Positions 31,285 through 38,273 of a DNA stretch of 38,273 nt are shown piece by piece (position 1 is the stretch's first letter; every line of letters begins with the position of its first letter). A program made the position numbers and the translations under genes. Under the pieces are notes generated by a model, which saw only the letters and a program-made list of their open reading frames with translations, had not been told where the DNA came from and ran no database searches. The DNA comes from a virus: positions 1 to 38,273 of the IMG/VR virus record IMGVR_UViG_3300045988_043012; one strand, 5' to 3'.

Positions 31285-32774
31285 GTCTCCACTCCTTTCC
31301 CTGCCGCTGGTACAGGCGGCAGCCGCATCCACCAGGCCACGGGGGCCTGTGCCTCAATGCCGCCCGGCATCATCCAGTGTTGGCCATCCCAGTCAAAAAA
31401 CCGTTTCAGCAGCGTTCCGTCACCCAGGTCCACATAGGCCGCAAACTCGCCCGGCTCCGCCGGGTTGGTGCTGCCGGGCATCCATCCGGCGATCATCAGC
31501 TGGCCCTCCGGCAGCGTCGGCGGTGTCAACTCATCCGTCAGGCCCACGATGTAGTCGGCGGAACAGTGTAGCGCCCGGGCGGACTTGGCAATGTTACTAA
31601 GGTTATCCGGGGCAAGATCGTTTGTGTAGATACGATATTCATCAAACTCCCCAGCGGCCAGCTCGCGGAGATGGCCCGCAGTATAAGAACCCCCGTATCT
31701 GGTCTGAACAGCGAAGGCATTGTCCGGTATTCCGGCGGCGTCCGCCGCTCTGGCCAATCGGGCGGCGCTGGCCTGAATTTCCTTCTCAAGTTTCCGCATT
31801 TGCTTGTCCTCAGCCGCCTTTTTTGCGACTTTCTTCTCAGCCAATGCCTCCTTGCGCTTGGCCTTTGCTTTGCTGCAAGCCTCATCGCAGGGATAATATG
31901 TTGCTGTTCCCTGAGAGCATTCCAGACAGCAGGTCTGGCCGCCGCAGACATCGCAGCCGCAGCACTCCGCGTCATGCCGAAGGAAAGCGTCTCCCCGCTT
32001 GCACTCCTTGCCGTCCGGGCAGGTCAGGCGCGGCTCCCAGCGGTAGCCCCTGTCCTTGTAAAGCCGCAGCAGCTTCTCCAGCGTGGAGCCCGTGGGCAGC
32101 TGAGGAAATACTCCGGAAATCCGCATCTGCATATCCGCCGGGAACTGGGCCAGCGCATAGGCCGCCTGCTCCGGCATCTTCCCGCCGTCCCACGCGGGGC
32201 GAAGATTAGACAGCAGATGCTCCCGGATCACCTTGATCCGGGCCAGCTTGGAGCCGTGAGTGTTGCAGGCGGCAGCCACCACGTCCCGCATCCGGCCCTC
32301 CGGGAACTCAAAACCGTCCTCCTTCAGCTGATACAGCAGCGCCTCCACACGCTCCGCCTGCTCGCCGATCTCTGCGCTGGTGAGCTTGCGGGTGGAGCTG
32401 TTGGCGAAGATCAACCGAAGCTCCTGAAGCGCCGGGGAGGCGTTGTCCGTATCCCGGATGCAGGGGACCCGGCGGAACTGGTCCAGTCCCTTTTTCACAA
32501 GCTGAGCCAAAGCGGCCCTGCGCCGGTGGCCGCTGACGATGGTGAACCGTCCGCCCTCACCGGCCCGCACCCGGATAGGCTGCTGCAAGCCGCACATCTG
32601 GATGTTGTCCGCCAACTCGTCAATGTCCGTCAGATGGTAAAAATTCCGCTCGTCGCCGTCCAGCAGGCCGATGTCGATGTACTCGATCTGCTCCGGGCCG
32701 GTGGTGTTCAGCTCTGCCACACCGGCCAGCTGCTCACCCAGCACGTCCATCACGTTAAATTTCCGTTTTTCCAT
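31281..32774 (-). CDS. parB: ParB/Spo0J-family protein with a long Cys-rich and DUF551-like C-terminal extension
   Basis: ParB N-domain (IVSGHRRRAALAQL). GGGAGGTG RBS. Start lies 3 nt after the parA stop. Confidence 0.8.
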   Translation of the reverse strand: MEKRKFNVMDVLGEQLAGVAELNTTGPEQIEYIDIGLLDGDERNFYHLTDIDELADNIQMCGLQQPIRVRAGEGGRFTIVSGHRRRAALAQLVKKGLDQFRRVPCIRDTDNASPALQELRLIFANSSTRKLTSAEIGEQAERVEALLYQLKEDGFEFPEGRMRDVVAAACNTHGSKLARIKVIREHLLSNLRPAWDGGKMPEQAAYALAQFPADMQMRISGVFPQLPTGSTLEKLLRLYKDRGYRWEPRLTCPDGKECKRGDAFLRHDAECCGCDVCGGQTCCLECSQGTATYYPCDEACSKAKAKRKEALAEKKVAKKAAEDKQMRKLEKEIQASAARLARAADAAGIPDNAFAVQTRYGGSYTAGHLRELAAGEFDEYRIYTNDLAPDNLSNIAKSARALHCSADYIVGLTDELTPPTLPEGQLMIAGWMPGSTNPAEPGEFAAYVDLGDGTLLKRFFDWDGQHWMMPGGIEAQAPVAWWMRLPPVPAAGKGVET

Positions 32775-32776
32775 CC

Positions 32777-33550
32777 TCAGCACCTCCCGGAGATCTCTTT
32801 CACCAGCGCGGCGTAGTCCTTGCTGGCCGCGCAGTAGGGACGGGCCACCGGCAGCGGCACCTTTTGGAAGGTGGCGCTGGGCACAGCCTTGGAGAACCGG
32901 ATCACCGTCTCAAACACCGGAAGCGCCCCGCCCCGGATGGCCGCGAGGGCCTCCTTCTCGTCGGCCATGTGGGTGAACTGCGTCACCAGCACGCCCAGCA
33001 CCGACAACCGGGGGTTGATGGCCCGCATGTTCTGGAGCTGCTCCGCCAGATTGGCCATGCCGCCGGTGGAGTAGTAGTCCAGCCGGATGGGGATAATCAC
33101 CTCGTCCGCAGCGGCCAGCGCCGCCGTACAGGCCGCCGACAGCGCCGGCGGGCAGTCAATCAGGATGAGATCGTAGGCGTTGTCTTGGTCCGCGTCCTCC
33201 TCGATGGCGTCCCGCAGATCCGCGATGGCCCGCTGCATCCGGCCTACGCCGCTCTGGGCCATGTGCCGGTCAGCCGCCAGCAGGTTAATGTCGGACGGGA
33301 TCAGGTCGATGCCGTCATAGACGGTGGGCGTCACGAACTCCGGATAGTATCCGGCGCCCTCGGTCAGGAGGGCCAGCGTGTCCGCGCCCTCCTCCGCGTC
33401 GATGCCAAAGGACATGCTCAGGTTGCCCTGACTGTCCCCGTCGATCAGCAGGATCCGTTTGCCCTGCTTCGCCAGCAGATACGCCAGCGTGGCGGTTGTG
33501 ACGGTCTTGCCGACGCCGCCCTTGAAATTCAATACCGCAATAGTTTTCAT
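32777..33550 (-). CDS. parA: ParA/Soj-type partition ATPase
   Basis: Deviant Walker A (NFKGGVGKT), IDGDSQGN, IIDCPP. Confidence 0.9.
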   Translation of the reverse strand: MKTIAVLNFKGGVGKTVTTATLAYLLAKQGKRILLIDGDSQGNLSMSFGIDAEEGADTLALLTEGAGYYPEFVTPTVYDGIDLIPSDINLLAADRHMAQSGVGRMQRAIADLRDAIEEDADQDNAYDLILIDCPPALSAACTAALAAADEVIIPIRLDYYSTGGMANLAEQLQNMRAINPRLSVLGVLVTQFTHMADEKEALAAIRGGALPVFETVIRFSKAVPSATFQKVPLPVARPYCAASKDYAALVKEISGRC

Positions 33551-33577
33551 GTTTCACCTTTCCCCCTTGTGTTTGCG

Positions 33578-33820
33578 TCAGACCGCAGTGCTTACGGCCT
33601 TAAAATGCGGCTGGCCCCGCCAGTTCTTCGGCTGCGGTTCCAGTTTCGGCCAGAAGGCCTCCCGCCAGTTGTAGCCGGTGATGGGACTGCGGAACTCCAC
33701 CGTGTAATAGCGCCCCGCCGGGTGGATGTAGATCACCCGCGCCGGGATCGGCCCGATGGTGCCAAGCCCGCTGGTCGCCTCCAGTGTCGGCTCGATGCTC
33801 AAGATATCTCCGATCTTCAT
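33578..33820 (-). CDS. Hypothetical protein (80 aa)
   Basis: ATGA-coupled to the dnaB stop. Confidence 0.6.
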   Translation of the reverse strand: MKIGDILSIEPTLEATSGLGTIGPIPARVIYIHPAGRYYTVEFRSPITGYNWREAFWPKLEPQPKNWRGQPHFKAVSTAV

Positions 33821-35247
33821 GCTTTCTCCCCCTTGTTCTCGTCATCCCACGGCGTCTCGGTGTCCGCCGGGGCCTCGGTCCAGTCGGACCCGTCGCCCCA
33901 GAAGCTCACCTGCCGGGGCCGCTGTCTGGCCGCTTTCCCTACGGCCTGATATTGCCGCATGACGGAGCGGCCGTCCGGGTTGACCAGAAGCGAAAACGTC
34001 TGCTTCGGCCCGTCGAATACCATGTACCACGCCCCACGGGGGCCTTCCTTGTTCTTCGCGATTTTCAGGACCCGGTGCTTGTTCTGGTCCAGCTCCGGGC
34101 CGTCCTTGGCCTTGGGGTCCGGACGGTAGACCATGAAGATCATGTCCGCGTCCTGCTCAAACTGGCCGGACTCCTTCAGGTCGCTCATCACCGGCGCCCG
34201 CCATCCGGCGGCCTTGTCCGGCCGGCTCAGCTGGGCCAGTTCCACCACCAGCGTCCCGGATTTCTGGGCGAAGGTGTGCAGCTGCCGGGACACCGCCGCC
34301 ATCTGCTCACTGCGGGGTGCCCGCTGGTCCATCTCCGGGGTGACCAGCTGGATGTAATCCAGAAAGATCACGTCAAAGCCATACGCCTGGCTGATATTCT
34401 GGATGGTGGTGGCCGTCATGCCGGATGCCTCCACCACCGTCAGGCCCCGGCCCGCCATGTCGGCGGATTTCTCGGCAAACGCCCGCCAGTCATCCTCGGT
34501 CAGGCTGCGGGTCTTGATCCTGTCGAAGTCAATCTGCACCACGGCAGCCATAAGCCGGTCCCGGATCTTGGCCTTGTCCGTCTCGAGACTGAAAAAGCCG
34601 ACCCGGTGATCCTGCGCCATCCGGTAGGCCATCTGCAAGGCCAGCGCCGTCTTGCCGTCGGAGGGGTAGCCGCCGATGATGACCACATCTCCCGGCTTGG
34701 TGTAGGTCCGGCCCTTGAGGAAGTCCAGACCGTAGTCGATGTACACCGGCGCCGGGGCGTCCGGATCCTGCGCTTGGCAGAAGTCCTCGGTCATCTGCGC
34801 CATGGTCCACGCCTCCACGCTGGTGCCCTCGCTCAGCTCCCGGGACAGCTTGGCGCACACCGGCCGGCAGTCCTCCACCGTCTGAGCCGCGCTCAGAGCG
34901 TCGGCAAACTCGTGGATCCGGCGGACGGTGGCCTGCGACCGCATGGCCTCTGCGTAGGCCTCCCAGTTGGCAGCGGTGGGCGTGATCTCCACCAGCTCCG
35001 CCATGTACCGGGAGTAGTCCGGGCCGATCTTGTCCCGGATGGTCACGGCGTCCGGTGTGACGCCCGCCCGGAACAGCGCCCGGGCCGCCTGAAAGATCAG
35101 CCGGTTGGCGGGATTGTAAAAATCAGCGTCCCGCACCCGGGACAGCAGGGGCCGCACCACATCCGGGTCTACCAGCATGGCCCCGATCACCGCCCGCTCC
35201 GCGTCCAGCAGGTGATCCAGCTTTTCGTCCGTTCTCACGTTTCCCAT
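33817..35247 (-). CDS. dnaB: Replicative DNA helicase (DnaB-type)
   Basis: 476 aa. ERAVIGAML N-domain, Walker A GGYPSDGKT, LVVELAQLSR. Confidence 0.92.
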   Translation of the reverse strand: MGNVRTDEKLDHLLDAERAVIGAMLVDPDVVRPLLSRVRDADFYNPANRLIFQAARALFRAGVTPDAVTIRDKIGPDYSRYMAELVEITPTAANWEAYAEAMRSQATVRRIHEFADALSAAQTVEDCRPVCAKLSRELSEGTSVEAWTMAQMTEDFCQAQDPDAPAPVYIDYGLDFLKGRTYTKPGDVVIIGGYPSDGKTALALQMAYRMAQDHRVGFFSLETDKAKIRDRLMAAVVQIDFDRIKTRSLTEDDWRAFAEKSADMAGRGLTVVEASGMTATTIQNISQAYGFDVIFLDYIQLVTPEMDQRAPRSEQMAAVSRQLHTFAQKSGTLVVELAQLSRPDKAAGWRAPVMSDLKESGQFEQDADMIFMVYRPDPKAKDGPELDQNKHRVLKIAKNKEGPRGAWYMVFDGPKQTFSLLVNPDGRSVMRQYQAVGKAARQRPRQVSFWGDGSDWTEAPADTETPWDDENKGEKA

Positions 35248-35951
35248 CCGCAGACCTCCCGGCTCTCACCGCCCCGGTCCGAATCGGACCGCCCCGGCAG
35301 CTCGTCCTCCCACCGGCGGCCGTTGAGCCATGTGGCGGGATAGGGGATGTACGCCCCGCCGTCCCGGGTCCACTGCTCACAGGCTAACTGAGCCTTCAAC
35401 GCCCGGAGGATGGTCTCCACCAGCGCCCCGTCTGGCTTCAGCTTCGCCCACGCCCGGCGGGCCTTCTGTTTATCCACATGCCGTGGGTAAGCAGCCCAGA
35501 AGGTGTCGAACGCCGGGTCCCCTGGGGGGACTATAGGGGGGTTATATTTAATCTTTACTGGGTTATAATCTTTATTGGGTTGTGTCGGGAAAGCCGTCAA
35601 CGGCTTTTCCCGTTGCCGGGTTTCACCGTTGTCGGTGTTTTCCGACAACGGTGGCGCAAAGTCCTGTAAAACGTAGACGTTGCCGCCAAAAGTGCCATTT
35701 TCCTTGTGCCCCTGTTCCCGCAGCAGATATCCCACCTGCTCCAATTGCGCCAAAATGCGACGGATCTTATCTTTGCCCGTCTTGGTGCTGACCGCCAGAC
35801 CGGAAACCGTAAATTTCCAGTCCGGCGGGCGGGACATGATATAGGCAAACAGACCCTTTGCTTCCAGCGGCAGACGGTCATCCTTGACCATTGAGTTATA
35901 CAGGACCGTGAAGCCGTCTCCACGGCCAGACCTGATCTCATGCTCTGCCAT
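35235..35951 (-). CDS. Replisome organizer / replication initiator (wHTH N-domain)
   Basis: 238 aa. N-terminal wHTH-like region (GLFAYIMSRPPDWKFTVSGLA), low-complexity linker, C-terminal Trp-rich domain. Overlaps the dnaB start. Confidence 0.7.
   Translation of the reverse strand: MAEHEIRSGRGDGFTVLYNSMVKDDRLPLEAKGLFAYIMSRPPDWKFTVSGLAVSTKTGKDKIRRILAQLEQVGYLLREQGHKENGTFGGNVYVLQDFAPPLSENTDNGETRQREKPLTAFPTQPNKDYNPVKIKYNPPIVPPGDPAFDTFWAAYPRHVDKQKARRAWAKLKPDGALVETILRALKAQLACEQWTRDGGAYIPYPATWLNGRRWEDELPGRSDSDRGGESREVCGWET
35277..35289. repeat. GTCCGAWTCGGAC palindrome copy 8
   Basis: CGGTCCGAATCGGACCG, in the organizer C-terminal tail (SDSD), 30 nt upstream of the dnaB ATG. Confidence 0.95.
35549..35653. 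promoter_or_regulatory. Candidate origin: tandem 17-bp iterons plus two hairpins inside the organizer ORF
   Basis: TAATCTTTACTGGGTTA at 35549-35565 and TAATCTTTATTGGGTTG at 35566-35582. Hairpin GGGAAAGCCG/CGGCTTTTCCC at 35587-35611. Perfect 12-bp stem CACCGTTGTCGG/CCGACAACGGTG at 35624-35653. Confidence 0.6.
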
Positions 35952-36046
35952 ATTGCCCCCTTATCTTTCCATCCGATCCACGATCCGCAGCGGGATTGCC
36001 GCCACCGTCGCCACGCCGACGATCATGAAAAACATTGCCCAACCGG

Positions 36047-36625
36047 TCACAGGGATGCGCCCCCTTCCCGGCAAAAATTAGGGCTTGCGTGCAGCGTGGA
36101 CCTTGTGCTATAATTGATACATCCAGTGGTTGATCCAATACCACACACTTTTCCCCCTGAACGCTCTGAGGTTGCCGCCTCGGGGCGTTCTTTTTTTGCG
36201 CCTGAGTAGATCACCTGATAGATGGCCGCCATGGTATCCCTCAGCTCCAGAACGATGTCATCAAACTCCGGCCGCTCAGCCTCGTCGATCACGCCGTCCT
36301 CCGCGATCCGGAGCAGGGCGTCCAGCCGGCCCGTCGCGTCTTGCAGACGGTTCCGAAGGGCGATGCTTGCCATGGGCAGCGGCCTTGGCGTCACCTCCGG
36401 CATCACGCCCAGCGTGTCCGTGGCCTGCGCGTGCTCCAATGCCAGCCATGGGCAGCTGTACGCCTCCACCATCTTGGCCACCGTCTCGTCCTTGGGCACC
36501 GTCTTTCCGCCCTCGTACTGTTTCAGGCTTTCCGGTGACAGCCCAAGCAGCTCCGCTGCCCGTTCTTGGCTCATTCCGGTACTCAGCCTTGCCCTTTGGT
36601 ACAGATTAGGGCATCTCTTGTCCAT
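36047..36625 (-). CDS. XRE-family HTH protein (early regulator)
   Basis: Strong GGAAAGGAGGAAAAG RBS. HTH in ARLSTGMSQERAAELLGLSPESLKQYEGG. The C-terminal ~40 aa are of doubtful quality. Confidence 0.7.
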   Translation of the reverse strand: MDKRCPNLYQRARLSTGMSQERAAELLGLSPESLKQYEGGKTVPKDETVAKMVEAYSCPWLALEHAQATDTLGVMPEVTPRPLPMASIALRNRLQDATGRLDALLRIAEDGVIDEAERPEFDDIVLELRDTMAAIYQVIYSGAKKERPEAATSERSGGKVCGIGSTTGCINYSTRSTLHASPNFCREGGASL

Positions 36626-36646
36626 TGTCTTTTCCTCCTTTCCGCG

Positions 36647-36859
36647 CTACCATGTAACCATCCAACGTGCCAATGGTACAATGGGGATGATGTAGCGCTT
36701 CCCCACCTTCTTGGCCGGAAACTCGTCATTGTGGACCAGCGCGTCCCAGTCCAGCCCCAGCAGCTTGCAGGCCTGGTCCTTGCTCAAGACCTCTTGCTCC
36801 GGGAATTTCGCCTGTAAGGATTGCAGCTGATCCCGGAAGCTCTCACGCTCTCGTGCCAT
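36647..36859 (-). CDS. Excisionase/MerR-type HTH small protein
   Basis: ATG at 36859 after GGGAGGAG. LSKDQACKLLGLDWDALVHNDEFPAKKVGKRYIIP resembles Xis-type HTH_17. Confidence 0.6.
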   Translation of the reverse strand: MARERESFRDQLQSLQAKFPEQEVLSKDQACKLLGLDWDALVHNDEFPAKKVGKRYIIPIVPLARWMVTW

Positions 36860-36875
36860 GTCCGCTCCTCCCTTC

Positions 36876-37079
36876 TCACGCGCTCTCCGTCCGCTGGACA
36901 ATCTCCTCAATGGGGACGCCAAAGATCAGCGTCATGCGGAAAACTCTCTCCAGCTCCGGGGTCCGCTGGCCCAGCTCCCACTTGCTCACCGTGGGGACGG
37001 TGACGCCCAGCTGGTCAGCCAGCGCCTTCTGGGTCATACCGGCCGCCGTCCGCAGCTCCTTGACTCTGTTAACGATCAT
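36876..37079 (-). CDS. Cro-like XRE HTH repressor
   Basis: 67 aa. VKELRTAAGMTQKALADQLGVTVPTVSKWELG. Divergent from the cI-like gene. Confidence 0.8.
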   Translation of the reverse strand: MIVNRVKELRTAAGMTQKALADQLGVTVPTVSKWELGQRTPELERVFRMTLIFGVPIEEIVQRTESA

Positions 37080-37097
37080 AATTGCTCCTTTCCCGCC

Positions 37098-37126
37098 TTG
37101 ACGGCGTTGCCCCGGTGTGATATATT
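37098..37126 (+). promoter_or_regulatory. Rightward promoter toward the cI-like gene
   Basis: TTGACG at 37098-37103, 17-nt spacer, TGaTATATT with -10 at 37121-37126. Confidence 0.6.
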
Positions 37127-37155
37127 GTCCTTGGGGCTATGTCCTCTGTGGCTAT

Positions 37156-37184
37156 ATCATAAATCGCATTTTGGCATTTGTCAA
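37156..37184 (-). promoter_or_regulatory. Leftward promoter toward the cro-like gene
   Basis: On the minus strand, TTGACA (37184-37179), 17-nt spacer, TATGAT (37161-37156). Flanked by TTTGGCATTT repeats at 37169-37179 and 37233-37244 and an AATTGCAT tandem at 37183-37200. Confidence 0.65.
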
Positions 37185-37267
37185 TTGCATAAATTGCATT
37201 TTTGCGTTTTCGTATAGTTGCACAATTACCACTTTGGCATTTTGGCTATTATTTGGGGGTGATTCCG

Positions 37268-37594
37268 ATGGACGCCGTAGACCGTCTTTTTGCTTTGGTG
37301 GATGCAAAATACCGGGAGCAGAAGGACTTTGCCGCAGAAATTGGGGTAGATCCCGCACGCGTCAGCGAATGGAGAAATCGGAAGAGATCTTCATACACTC
37401 GGCATTTAACCAAAATAGCGGCAGCGTTGAACACATCTGCGGATTACATCTTGACCGGGAAAGAAGAAAAAAGCCCGGCTCCCGAAGGAGCCGGACTGAC
37501 GCAGGAATTTGCCCGGATTTTTGACCAGCTATCTCCGCAGGCTCAGAATGAGATTATTGCGGAGATGCTAAAGCGGAGACGGCAAGAGCCATGA
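37268..37594 (+). CDS. CI-like XRE HTH repressor
   Basis: ATG at 37268 after GGGGGTGA. HTH in QKDFAAEIGVDPARVSEWRNRK. 108 aa. Confidence 0.75.
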   Translation: MDAVDRLFALVDAKYREQKDFAAEIGVDPARVSEWRNRKRSSYTRHLTKIAAALNTSADYILTGKEEKSPAPEGAGLTQEFARIFDQLSPQAQNEIIAEMLKRRRQEP

Positions 37595-37688
37595 TCTCCG
37601 CTTGATCTGCGGGGGACAGAGATGCAAACAGGTCCAATGCGTATGTAGTGTCCGAATCGGACACGGTGCGGGTGGTCTGGCTGCTCAT
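37554..37688 (-). CDS. Small convergent ORF (44 aa) overlapping the cI-like 3' end
   Basis: GGAGG lies 7 nt before the ATG at 37688. Product MSSQTTRTVSDSDTTYALDLFASLSPADQAEIMALAVSALASPQ contains palindrome copy 9. Confidence 0.45.
   Translation of the reverse strand: MSSQTTRTVSDSDTTYALDLFASLSPADQAEIMALAVSALASPQ
37650..37662. repeat. GTCCGAWTCGGAC palindrome copy 9
   Basis: GTGTCCGAATCGGACAC, about 55 nt downstream of the cI-like stop. Confidence 0.95.
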
Positions 37689-37762
37689 ATGTGTTCCTCC
37701 AATCATATCCCAAAGGCCGATCGCTGCGGCCCAATTTTGCAAGATTTAAGCGGAGGCGTAAT

Positions 37763-38131
37763 ATGATAATTTATATTTCCGGAGGATTTCTTGCCCTCTT
37801 GCTGTGTGGCTTGATTTGCTATGTCATAACGCGGGTCAAAGGGTGGGCATCGTCCGCATGCTGGGCCCATGCCCTTGGTGGTTTTCTTCTCGGCCCATTT
37901 TGGCTGCCTGTATGTATCAGCAAGCCCAGATATACTCCGGGCTGCGAAAAGGTTTGCAGGATGGGCGCGCCCGCCTTTGGCGTATGGTTGGCGATCGGCA
38001 CAGCGTTAAGCGTTATCGGTGACGCTTTGCTTTTGATTTATTCAATCTGCCACTGGCAATATGGGGCACTTGGAATTTTTATCGTACCTATTGGTCTTTG
38101 GGTTTTGCTTATTTTGGATCAACGCTGTTAG
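37763..38131 (+). CDS. Polytopic membrane protein (122 aa), candidate lysogenic-conversion or exclusion factor
   Basis: GGAGG RBS before the ATG at 37763. About 4 hydrophobic helices. AT-richer than the surroundings. Followed by a terminator. Confidence 0.7.
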   Translation: MIIYISGGFLALLLCGLICYVITRVKGWASSACWAHALGGFLLGPFWLPVCISKPRYTPGCEKVCRMGAPAFGVWLAIGTALSVIGDALLLIYSICHWQYGALGIFIVPIGLWVLLILDQRC

Positions 38132-38154
38132 TATAAACAAAAACGTTGTGGAGG

Positions 38155-38273
38155 CACCGGACGGAACTGAATAAGAAGTGCCCCCGTCGCCTCTGCAACA
38201 AGCGGCGGGGGCACTTTGCGTTTACGGCAGAGGGGGAGTCTGCCTGTCCGCATGGCTACCGTAACAAAAAAGA
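38155..38273. repeat. Terminal direct repeat copy 2 (exact duplicate of 1-119)
   Basis: Read directly. Confidence 0.97.
38178..38223 (+). terminator. Rho-independent terminator after the membrane-protein gene (duplicate at 24-69)
   Basis: 13-bp stem GTGCCCCCGTCGC / GCGGCGGGGGCAC with one G-U pair, 11-nt loop, then TTTGCGTTT. Confidence 0.7.

Noticed and set aside
35961-36035. 24-aa hydrophobic mini-ORF (MFFMIVGVATVAAIPLRIVDRMER) between the HTH gene and the organizer gene.
   Set aside because: It has no recognisable RBS and is too short to support without expression data.
1-38273. Diversity-generating retroelement, retron or CRISPR-Cas content.
   Set aside because: No reverse-transcriptase-like ORF, template/variable repeat pair, cas-like gene or repeat-spacer array was seen on either strand.

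Overview
The window is a complete temperate siphovirus-type (HK97-like) phage or prophage genome, about 38.15 kb, from a GC-rich, probably Firmicute host. Bases 1-119 are repeated exactly at 38155-38273, so the unit is circularly closed or terminally redundant. Order of modules: membrane-anchored XRE regulator, tyrosine integrase and an attP-like core carrying a tRNA 3' end (198-1900); a six-gene minus-strand operon of unknown function (1902-4273); two plus-strand accessory operons of small proteins with near-consensus promoters overlapped by palindromes (4385-6761); a sigma-region-4-like gene and lysis cassette (6805-9058); tail fibre, tail, neck, capsid, protease, portal, TerL and TerS (9293-23340); a ParB-N-domain/adenine-methyltransferase fusion; a 615-bp untranslated structured spacer; HNH endonuclease; then an early region with an HUH Rep-like protein, Cys-rich mini-proteins, ASCH, a C5-methyltransferase-like protein, DUF551, SSB, ParB, ParA, DnaB and a replisome organizer with ori-like repeats inside it (25492-35951); finally a cI/cro-type switch and a membrane protein (36047-38131). 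The most striking signal that these features do not explain is a 13-bp palindrome, GTCCGAWTCGGAC (17 bp with flanks). It occurs nine times around the whole circle, in terminators, intergenic spacers and five ORFs, and inside ORFs it is always read as S-D/E-S-D. My leading, untested hypothesis is a ParB/KorB-like dispersed centromere or operator network. Other observations: an in-frame TGA, an apparent frameshift, an AT-rich tail-fibre tip, 11-bp phased repeats, face-to-face switch promoters and an acr-aca-like operon. All product calls come from motif recognition by eye; no database search was run.
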